Assembly: GCA_949358305.1 (NCBI GenBank)
Contig: OX442314.1
Location: forward strand, 27,838,001-27,902,000
Source of the DNA: Strigamia acuminata
Taxonomy: Eukaryota
DNA length: 64,000 nt
Direction of reading: 5' to 3'
In this document: in pieces, positions 36,201 to 48,200 of the stretch
Layout of the letters: every line of letters starts with the position of its first letter
Position numbering within the stretch: the stretch's first letter is position 1
The notes under the pieces: generated by a model
What the model was told of the DNA's origin: nothing
Seen by the model: only the letters and a program-made list of their open reading frames with translations
The model's database searches: none
Program-made: the position numbers and the translations under genes

Positions 36201-39200
36201 TTTTCTGCATATTTACAACATTAAATGTGAAAAAAAAGATTTTAATTTTGATTCAGGCTTGAAAATGTTTTTAAAAAATGTGAAATAAATAACCACCATC
36301 AGTCATAAATAATTGAAAATATTCTTTTAATTGAAAAATTTTTTTACATTTTTTTTAAAACATAGTTGGGAGAATGAAAATATATTAATGTGGCCAACTG
36401 TTTTTAATCATTTAGGAAAACCACATCAAAACCTAACTTATATGATTTAATTCAACTGTCCACGCAGGTGCATTTTTAGGAGGACATGAATTGCTATAAA
36501 TGAATTGCTCCATCCGTTCGTTTTGCCGACATGCTTTTTCCTTCTGGGATAAATAAGAACACTTCATTGCCACTAGGATTAAAATTATATGTTATTACAC
36601 AAACAAAATCAAAAAGACTATTATGCTTACAGTCAATTTCTAATTCTGTGACATTTGGTTTATCCGCTTAGACGTAATCCTTAATGTACTTCGTCAATGC
36701 TTGATTTTCAGGTTTAAAAATACTGAAAAAAATTATAAATATTTAATTATTTCTTTAAAAATATTACTATGGTATAATAACTTTGACTGTAGACTAACTT
36801 AAATTGTGAACCAATATTCCAATCTTTTCCTGATCACTTGTACTCTGTATGCCATTCTCACACATTCCTAAAAAATAAAAGCAAAAAATATATATATATT
36901 AGATTTATGCTTTAAAGTATATTAAATTAATGACAAGTTGATTTACACTAATTTCTGGTGCAACTGTTTTATTTGGTGGCCTACTAATTATTTCCTGCTG
37001 CTGTCTGCTTTCCTTAGGTTGCTTCTTTTTTAGGCTACGTATTTTTTTTGGAGGATCTTCATTGCTGATTTGTTCTCTTGAACAAAAGCAATGATAAGCT
37101 GAAACAATATTGAATTTAAGAATGTTTAAATGATGTTTTTTGTTATTGAACTGAAGGCATACATACTGAAGGCATACTGGTTCCTTGTTCTTCTGCATTA
37201 TTAAATTCCAAGTGTTTTCTTGCAAATGGTTGGTTCTAAACAAATTATAAATAAAGAATAATTGACATATTTTAATTCTTCCATCTTCTGTCTGAATTGT
37301 CTACCTTTAAATATTTTGCAACTTTTTTAGCCTCTCTTTCACTTAAAGATGACCGCAATAATGGATTGTTGTCATCAGTTACAGGTGGTCTCTTTGATCC
37401 CTGTAAATAATTTTTATTACTAATCTTTTTAATACCTTTCTTACCAAATCCTGATGATTCTGCATTAATATTCATTGAACTTTCCTGAAAATTATTCAAA
37501 AAGAAGATTAGTTAGATTGTAATACCTTTGAGGTGTATATTTTACTTACAAATGAGTCGTCATGTTTACTGTTATGTAAAATTTCGCTCATTTCACTTTC
37601 CTTCAATTGGTAATGACATGATGACATTCTGAGAATGAAACAACTGGATCTTTGGAGATAAATAATAAATTTTTTTTAATATTAAATTAAATTTTAAAAA
37701 ATAAGAAATACTATACAAAAAATGTAAACATATTTTAAAATAATGGCAGATGTCTAATTAGCAAAATAATTGAGCTGGAATGGCAGTGTTTACCAATGAC
37801 GTCACCCTTGATTCAAAATGAGGCTGTCCAGTGTAAACAAACACAGTACACATTGATGAATATGGAAACAGATTAGCATTCCATTGGATGCCTTAGGCTA
37901 GAGGTGTGCAGGTCATTCCCCACACTATTTCCCCCTCATAATCAGTGACGTGCAGTGGGCATTCCCTCCAACACATTCTAGAAAGTTCTAATTCAATCTA
38001 GGCATTTATTTGAAGCTTTAGAATATTTTTATATTTTTTACTGCATAAAATAGGTTTTTTTTTGCAAATTGTATGTGCATAAAGCAAATTTTTTTGCATA
38101 AATATCCGGTGTTTACCAATTAATAACTTTTCTGAAACAGTATAGTTAAAAAAGTATACAAATATCGAATTTATTAAGAAAAATTTTGGAAGGCAATTCA
38201 TAGAAATGTAACAATTTCCGATGAAATTTAGTAATTTATGAAAAAATTTAGTGATTTCCAATGAACTTTTGTGATTTTCTATCAGCTTTGGTGATTTTTG
38301 ATGAGCTTAAGTGATTTCTGATAAAATTTAGCGATTTTCATAAAAATTCATTCGGGAATTGCTAAATCTTATCGGAAATCGCTAAATCTCATTGGAAATC
38401 GCTGAACCTCATCGGAAATCATCACTAAATTTTATTGAAATCATTAACGTTCATCGGAAATCACTAACGTTCATCGGAAATCACTAAAGTTTATCGAAAA
38501 TCACTAAAGTTCATTGGAAATCACTAAATCTTTTCAGAAATCGCAAAAATTCATCAAAATTGTTAATTTATGTTAATTTCTTTTGTTAAAACAGAAAGAA
38601 ATCTTTCAGAAATTTTAATTAAATTTATCAAAAATTCTATTAAATCTATCAAAAACTCCATTAAATCCATCAAAAAATCCATTAAATTTACCAAAAATTC
38701 TATCAAATTTATCAAAAATTCTATCAAATTTATCAAAAATTCTATCAAATCTATCAAAAGTTCAATCAAAGTCATCATAAAGTTGAAAAACATAATGATG
38801 TAGAATATTTTAAAGAAATATTAAAATTTTACCTGTGGTAATAAACAATTGCTGCAGTTTCCTGTTGAAATTTCAAAGTAGGTAGAAAAATAGGTCAAGA
38901 TTTTAATCCCTTTCCTTTCCTTAGTCATGTCAACCAATAAAAATGCTCGAGGAGAACAATGTTAAAAAATAGGGACAAGTATGTCACATCTGCTGAGCAT
39001 ATGTGGCTTGTGACTATGTGTGAGAGAGGTCAAGTAAAAGATAAAAATGTCGCTTACCATCACATGCTTATCAATATTTTTCATACAACAATAGGGGGTT
39101 TCATTAATTAAACAATTTTGTAATTTTGCAACTTTAGCAATTTTGCACTTTTGGATTTGTCACATGGTATCAGTTCCACCAATCATGTGCATAATTGCAA

Positions 39201-42200
39201 AAACACAAAACAGAAAAAATACACAAAACACAAAATCAAAGGTAGTTTTGCTATTTTGACAAAATGACAGCAGCCAAGCTCAATCCAAGTGGCCATCACA
39301 AATTGTGATTAACAATTAGGTGCAAAAACAATTATTTAAATAGTCACATGACTTCCTATCCACCATATTGGGTTTTAGTTATACCCAACCAATTTTAAAA
39401 TGTGATGCAAAATAACTAGTTCTATTTGTGTGATGGAACAAAATTTTTTTTAATAAGGTGCATTTTAATAAATATAAGTTTCACAGATTGTACCAGAGCC
39501 ATTAATTGAGTTTCCTAGCTGTTATACAGTCATGGATGCATCAGCATATTGATGATATACAAGGATACAAGTTGGCCACTTAGATAGAGCTTGGATGCCT
39601 CCATTTTGTTTTGACTTTCACAAGCCTCAAAATCACTTCTCATCAAAATCACAAAAACTACCTTTTAGATGATTTTGGGATTTTGTGTTTTCACTCTCTT
39701 GTACTTTAGTGAATGTGAATGTGATTGGGAGAACAGATATCACATGACAATACTCAAAAATCACAAAGTTGTCCAGATCACACAATTGCAAAATTGACTG
39801 GGTTAATTCAATGTAATCCCATTTTTGGAGGCATCAAAAAATAATGATTTTGTGATTAATGCAAAATCACAAAATTGAAAAATCATTCATATAATGAAAC
39901 CCCCTAATGAGTATCGGTCAAATTCTATTATGAATTTATTGCTGGATGACGGTGGATCAAGTCACTTTAAGGACCTTGACATGTCCAATTGGTGTAGACA
40001 ATCCACCATTCAAGAATTAGGAGATAAGAAATATGACATTAGCGTTAATTATACAGGGTGGTCAGAAAGTCTGGTTCTATGTAAATAATTCCCAAACTGT
40101 TCTAGATGTTGATTCAGCAAGATTATTGTAAGGGTAGTATGTAGGAGGAAATCCAATTATGACATCTAATTTGACCTCAGAGGTCATCTTCAAGGTTATC
40201 CATATTGTAACTCGAGAACCGTGACAGATAGAGAGAAAAGGTGAATTAGAAAGTTGTAGAGCATCATCCAATTAGTCTAGAACCGTTCTTAAAAAAATTA
40301 TTTCTTACTGAAAAGTTTTGAGAAAAAAGGTCTGAAACATTAGTCTACTCAGCATTGTAACTCAGCTTTGTAACCTAAAACTATAGAGGCAACCAAGCTA
40401 ATCCTCAATTAGGACACTTTATTTGGTCATACTTGTAAGTGGAAAAGAGGAAACACAAAAGAAAAGAAATAATTTATTTTAGAAATACATTCCAACATGA
40501 TTGTTTTAGGTTACAAAGCTGAGTAGACTAACATTTCAAACCTTTTTTTCTCAAAACTTTTCGGTAAGAGATAATTTTTTTAAGAACAGTTCTAGACTAA
40601 TTAGATGATGCTCTACAACTTTCTAATTCACTTTTTCTCTCTATCTGTCACGGTTCTCGAGTTACAATATGGATGACCTTGAAGATGACCTCTGAGGTCA
40701 TGTTGGATGTCATAATTGGATTTCCTCCGACATACTACCCTTATAATAATTTTGCTGAATCAACATCTAGAACAGTTTGGGAATTATTTACATAGAACCA
40801 GACTTTCTGACCACCCTGTATATCACCATACAGTATGGAGATCGGTTGTTATGTATCGAAGATGTGATAATGGTATGGTATGTGGTATGGTGTTGTGATA
40901 ATGGGTTCAAACTAAATAAATTTTTATTTGATTTCGAGAATGAAACATTGATATCTCCAGCATATCCAGTTGCAACTAATTGTATACAGGGTGTTTCGTT
41001 TAAAATGCCCAGTCAATTTTCAGAATAAGTACATGCTTTTTTAAAAAACCAAGCAGACTATCCTATAGCAAAGTATGGATGCCGAATCCAATGGTGTAAT
41101 CAAATTTCATGCCAGACATGCAACAATGCACTTTTCATTTGCTAACTCGTTAGCTGGTGGATATAGAGCAAAATTTCAAATTACAAAGTTGTAGAAAATC
41201 ATAAAATTAGTACTATCCAACTGATCTTAGTCACCTTAAGTTAACTGTTTTTTTTAAAAAAAAAAAAGAAAAACAAATCAGCAAATTGAAAATTTTTATT
41301 CTTAGAAAATAAAATAATTTAGGCATAAAAAAATACAGTGGTTTTTCTTGTTTACTTGCATAATAATGCAAATTTGAATACAGTTATTGAAGAAATTCAG
41401 TACTTTTGTAGTAGAAATTTAATTTTTGCCACAATGGCTGGCTTTATTTCAGCTGATTTGTTTTCATTTTAAAATGAGAAAATTTAACTTAAGAAGACTA
41501 AGATAAGTTGGATAGTACTAATTTGATGATGCTCTACAACTTTGTAATTGGAAATTTTGCTCTATCTCAACCAGTTAACGAGTTAGCGAATGAAAAGTGC
41601 ATTGTTACATGTCTGGCATAAAATTTGATTACACCATTGGATTCGTCATCCCTACTTTTCTATAGGATAGTCTGCTTGGTTTTTTAAAAATGCATATAAT
41701 TATTCTGGAAATTGACTGGGCATCTTAAACGAAACACCCTGTATAACATAGGTATTTTGATGGTATTGAATTAGATTTGCCGTTATATCGTAGAAATAAC
41801 TCCTACTATAATAAATGATTTTTAAATAACATACAATACGCAATATAAGTTTCAACTAATGTTGACCATCATGTCATCTTAGATTAAAATTAAATACTCT
41901 GATATTACTGAAAGTTTCTTTACTTCTGTAATATTTATCTGTATATCATGTAACAAACTAAATTTGACATTTTGTTTCAGTTAATGGCAAAAAGAAGTTA
42001 GAAGAAAGAATTGATGCCGTGGAGAAACGTCTCGGTAAATTTATTATGTTTTCTCTTCTCGCGTTTTTGTAACGATGATTTTAATGGAAATTATTAAATT
42101 GATGCCAAGAATTGGAAATTAATTCATGCAAGTAAAGAAAGTAAAGAAAAGTAAAGAAAGTGAATTGATGGAACGATGTCTGGGTTTGGAGTAGTTGGTA

Positions 42201-45200
42201 AAGAATTTGGCTTCAAACCAAGTTGATCACTTTGTTTTAGATGAAAGCAAGAATTTGTTCAAAGTCAAGATGGATCATCTGACGAATGAACAAAAGGAGC
42301 TGGAGAAACTTTTGGAAAAATGTTGCCTACTTATCTATTTCTCATCACTTTAATTGTGCTATTTAAATTATTCTTAGATGGCCATAAAATGGAAAGAAAG
42401 AAATTTGAGGAAGATTATGCTAAAAGCAAAGGTAAAATTTATACATATATTGTGTAGAGAATTGGATAAATTGTGGGATTTAATTTGACCATTTGGATAA
42501 TTGTTACAGACCGACAAACTGAACAACAAACTCAACAACAAATTCAACAATCTGCCAAAACCAAGGAAATTGAAAACAAATTAGCTGCTTTGACAGCAGA
42601 AACCAGTAAGTTATTCAATTCAAACTATAGACTTAATGTGTGTTTCAGTGATTAACAAAACATCTTTCATTTTTTGTTTTTAGAGCAATTGGCAAAAACT
42701 GTGGGTAAGTGCGTCGTGCTGCACCTGCTAGCACCGATTCAGCACGTTCCATTTCGGCGCCTAAGCATCACTATTTTGCGCAGTCCCTATTCTGCGTCGT
42801 TTCAATTCGGCGTCATCGGTATTTATTTTTGATATTAAATAAGATATACTACGTTATACAGGGTGAACAAAAAGTCTATCACTATAGTAAATATTTCTGA
42901 AAGTGCTGACAATTCATCTGATCTAATGATGGTAAAGTATTAAAGTTGGGTGGGGCAATCTTTTGGTGACTCGAAATTTGACCTTGGGATGTTCCTTTAA
43001 GGTCATTGGGAAATTATCTCGGAAACCGTTAGAGATAGACAGAAATTTCCAATTGTAAACTTGTAGAGCAACATTAGTTTAGTCTAAAAATGACTAATTC
43101 TCAAATCTTTTGTACTAAAATTTTTAAGAAAATCGCAATTGAAAAAGTAGACACAAGTCAAAGGATAACATGGCCAAAATTGAAAAAGTGCCAAAAACGT
43201 GCTGATTAGATGTAAAATGACCCAAAAAATCGATTCTCCTGGTCAGAATTTGTATATCTGGCACCGTTGCAGAGATATGGGCAGAAAACTGAATTTTTTT
43301 ATGACTTTTTCTTTTCAAAACTACTTCTCAATTGCGATTTTCTTAAAATTTTTTAGTACAAAAGTTTTGAGAATTAGTCATTTTTAGACTAAACTAATGT
43401 TGCTCTACAAGTTTACAATTGGAAATTTCTGTCTATCTCTAACGGTTTCCGAGATAATTTCCCAATGACCTTGAAGGAACATCCCAAGGTCAAATTTCAG
43501 ATCACCAAAAGATTGCTCCACTCAACTTTGATACTTTACCATCATTAGATCAGATGAATTGTCAGCACTTTCAGAAATATTTACTATAGTGATAGACTTT
43601 TTGTTCACCCTGTAGATTGGGTCTGCACAAATTTGGTGCACATGCAATTCTATCACTTGGCGCAGAATTGGGACCACAAGCTGGGACTGGGTCTGGGACT
43701 GGGACGTGCGGAATAGAACATGGCTTTTGAGAATTGGATAACTTTTAAGATTTAATTTGACCATTTGGATAATTGTTATACAGGGTGTCTCGCCGAACAC
43801 CTACCAGGTGAATTATTTCATAATCATGTTAATTCAAAAAAACTTTTGATTATGAATTGAAGGAACTGACATGTGACGAATTCAATGAAACATGTTAAAT
43901 TCATGTGACATTGTTGCATCACTGTTTTGCAACTCGTAACTTTTAAACCAACAATGCTACACAAAAAATGTCAATTGCAAAGTTGTAGAGAACCATCTAA
44001 TTAGTCTAGAACTGTTCTTAAAAAAATTATCTCTTACTGAAAAGTTTTGAGAAAAAAAGGTTTGAAACATTGGTCTACTCAGCTTTGTAACTCACAAGGG
44101 GAGCACATGAATAACACACTCACAGATTGTTGTCATATTAAACAAGAAGGATTGTTATATCATGCTGAATGAGACCCTAAAGTAATTTCATTCCATAAAC
44201 AGCCAACAATGCAAACAATGAGCTCAAAGTTTGCACTATTTTGTCTGTGTATGCATCCAATCTGAGCAATCAGGCCTAGTGTATGAATCCCCCCCCTAAA
44301 TCCCCCCCTAAATTCCCCCCCTAAATTCCCCCTCTAAATTCCCCCCTCTAAATTCCCCCCCTAAATTCCCCCCCCCTAACTTCCCCCCCCCTAAATTCCC
44401 CCCCCCTAAATTCCCCCCCCTAAATTCTCCCCCCCCTAAATTCCCCCCCCTAAATTCCCCCCCCCCTAAATTCCCCTTCCCTAAATTCCCCCCCCCTAAA
44501 TTCCCCCCCCCCTAAATTCCCCCCCCCTAAATTCCCCCCCCCTAAATTTCCCCCCCCCCTAAATTCCCCCCCCCCTAAAATTCCGCCCCCCCCCCTAAAA
44601 TTCCCCCCCCCTAAAATTCCCCCCCCTAAATCCCCCCCCCCTAAATTCCCCCCCCCCTAAATTTCCCCCCCCCCTAAATTTCCCCCCCCCCTAAATTTCC
44701 CCCCCCCCTAAATTTCCCCCCCCCCTAAATTTCCCCCCCCCCTAAATTTCCCCCCCCCTAAATTCCCCCCCCCTAAATTTCCCCCCCCTAAATTTCCCCC
44801 TTCCTAAATTCCCCCCCCCCTAAATTTCCCCCCCCCCTAAATTCCCCCCCCCCTAAAATTCCCCCCCCCCCTAAAATTCCCCCCCCCTAAAATTCCCCCC
44901 CCCTAAATCCCCCCCCCCTAAATTCCCCCCCCCTAAATTTCCCCCCCCCCCTAAATTTCCCCCCCCCCTAAATTTCCCCCCCCCCTAAATTTCCCCCCCC
45001 CTAAAATTCCCCCCCCTAAAATTCCCCCCCCCCTAAATTCCCCCCCCCCAAATTTCCCCCCCCCAAATTTCCCCCCCCCCCAAATTCCCCCCGAAACCCC
45101 CCCCCCAAATTTCCCCCCCCCAAATTTTCCCCCCCTAAATTTTCCCCCCCCAAATTCATAGATATGCAATTTGCGCACACGGGAATCGATTTTTCAGCTC

Positions 45201-48200
45201 ATTTTACGTCTAACCAGCCCGTTTCTGACACTTTTTCAATTTTTGGCCATTTCTTCATACATTAGCCTTGGCTTTTTTGCAAATTTTAAAGTGTCAAAAA
45301 CGTGCTGAAGGTTGTTTGATGGTTGTTTGAAGGTTGTTTGAAGGTTGTTTGAAGGTTGTTTAAAGGTCATTTAAAGGTAGTTTGTAGGTCATTTGAAGGT
45401 TGTTGGAAGGTCGTTTGAAGGTCGTTGAAGGTTGGTTGAAGGTTGTTGAAGGTCGTTTGAAGGTTGTTTGAATGTCGTTTGTAGGTCATTTGAAGGTTGT
45501 TGGAAGGTCGTTTGAAGGTCGTTGGAAGGTTATTGGAAGGTTGTTTGAAAGTTGTTAAAAGGTCATATAAAGGTCGTTGGAAGGTCATTTGAAAGTCATT
45601 TGAAGATCGTTGGAAGGTCGTTTAAACAAAATTGGAAGGTCGTTGAAAGGTTGTTGGAAGGTCATTGAAAGGTCATTGGAAAGTCGTTTGAAGGTCGTTC
45701 AAAGGTTGTTTGAAGGTCATTTAAAGGGTGTTTGAAAGTCGTTGAAAGTTTGTTTACTGAAGACATGTAAAATGAGCTAAAAAATTGATTCCCGTTGACA
45801 GAATTTGCATATCTGGCACCGTTGCAGAGATATAAGCAAAAAACTAACTTTTTAAACAGAAAAAGTCAGTTTTTTGCTTATATCTCTGTGTGTCAGATAT
45901 GCAATTTTCGCACACGGGAATCGATTTTTCAGCTCATTTTACGTCTAAGCAGCCTGTTTCTGACGTATTATTTTCAAGACGGCGTTGTGATTGGTTGAGA
46001 TCCATCGATGTCGGTTCGTTTCATTTTCTCAAATTGACGTTTTTGAGGTGTTAGCCTTTTTTTATAACGAGTGGGGCCTTGACCCCCAGACCTAACCTAA
46101 TCTGTTTTTAGCAAACAAGACAGAACTCAGTTTTTTTTATCACTGGATCTCAATGCATCGCTCAACCAATCACACAATTACAATTAATTTTGTTTTCTGT
46201 TTAATTTTTAAGATGTGGTTTGATTAGTTTGATACAGCTGGAAGATATTAGGGGGTTTCATTAATTAAGCAATTTTGTAATTTTGCAACTTTAGCAATTT
46301 TGCACTTTTGGATTTGTCACATGATATCAGTTGCACCAATCATGTGCATAGTTGCAAAAACACAAAACAGAAAAAATACACAATCACAAAATCAAAGGTA
46401 GTTTTGTTATTTTGGCAAAAATGGCAGCAGCCAAACTCAATCCAAGTGGCCATCACAAATTGTGATTAATAATTAGTTTCAAAAACAATCTCATAATTTT
46501 GCAATTTTGCAATTATTTAAATAGTCACGTGACTTCCTATCCACCATATTAGGTTATAGTTATATCCAACCAATTTTAAAATGTGATGCAAAAAAACTAG
46601 TTCTTATTTGTGTGATGGAACAAAATATTTTTTAATAAGGTGCATTTTAATAAATACTAGCTGTTCACCCACAAAGCCAAAGCCATAGATCAGACAAATG
46701 TATACAACCAAATCATAAAATAAATTTTTGCAAAACTAAACCAAACCCATAATAATGCAACCCAAACCCAAACTACACCAAACCAAAACCAATGCCAATC
46801 TGGCCAATACCCAAACACAATCAAACCCAAAAGTTAACCTAAACCCAACGCCAATCCAGCCAATTCAATTTTGGCCCAAACCACTGCAACCTGCTATTTT
46901 GTCCTCCTTTATTATTCAACCACTTTTTCCAACTTTTTCTTATAAATCAACCCAAAAAAGATCGTTTTTTCCAAAATTTAAAATCAACGGTTAATCCGAT
47001 CAAAAAGTTATCTGTACCATCGTTTTCAGCGGGATTTTCTTCTCCGGAAACCTGTTTTAAACATTTCATTCGGTTAATTTTACGAATTTTTGGTTTTGTC
47101 ATGGTCGAATCTCGAATTCAAATTCTGCACCAAATTTCCAAATTTTCCCATTCGGTCCCCCGCTAAGATGGCCCGAATCGGCACTTTTCCTCGCCCGAAT
47201 CAAAAAATAAAAAATACAGGCTTGTGCAGAATTGTCTCCTCTTCAAAATGAGCTTGGTTCCATAATTTTCCGAGCTCATCTTGACATAGAAAACAATAAA
47301 AAACGATACGCGACGAACATTTCCGCCTGAATTTCCATTCGGGCACACGCTAAAATCGCCCTGAATCGCCCTGAATCGGTACTTTTTTTTACCCGAATCG
47401 AAGTATTGAGTTTCCTAGCTGTTATACAGTCATGGATGCATCAGCATTTTGATGATATACAAGGATACAAGTTGGCCACTTAGATAGAGCTTGGATGCCT
47501 CCATTTTGTTTTGAGTTTCACAAGCCTCAAAATCACTTCTTATCAAAATCACAAAAACTACCTTTTAGATGTTTTTGGGATTTTGTGTTTTTACTCTTTT
47601 GTGCTTTAGTGAATGTGAATGTGATTGGTAGAACAGATATCACATGACAATACTCAAAAATCACAAAATTGTCCAGATCACACAATTGCAAAATTGACTG
47701 GGTTAATTCAATGTAAACTCATTTTTGGAGGCATCAAAAAATAATGATTTTGTGATTAATGCAAAATCACAAAATTGCAAAATCATTCATATAATGAAAC
47801 CCCCTATTTATTTTTTAGCATTTTTATTATGAATCTAATAAATTTTGCTAAAAATAAACATTAAAGTCAAATATTTATGGATGCTAAGAAACTAAATGAA
47901 TGTTTTTAAATTGATTTAGCTAATAAAAAGCATAATAACTCAAGTAATAACACAAATAAAGTAATAAAATCAACATTGCCAGGGCCACTGAGAGTAGATT
48001 CGGACCCTGATTAAATCAAATTTTTGGGTTTCTACCAGCTAAAATTCACCAAATCTACATGGCAATGAGAAAAAAGTTCGAAATTTGCAATAAAAATCTT
48101 ACATGTTTTCAGCTAAATAATAGTTACATTTAAGTTTTGGACGGAATTTCGTTAAAATTTAGCAAATTCCGATGAGATTTTGCAATTTTGGAAAATTTTG

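Noticed and set aside
38563..45588. Repetitive ORFs (38563-38803, 44951-45178, 45367-45588)
   Set aside because: They are translations of tandem repeats.
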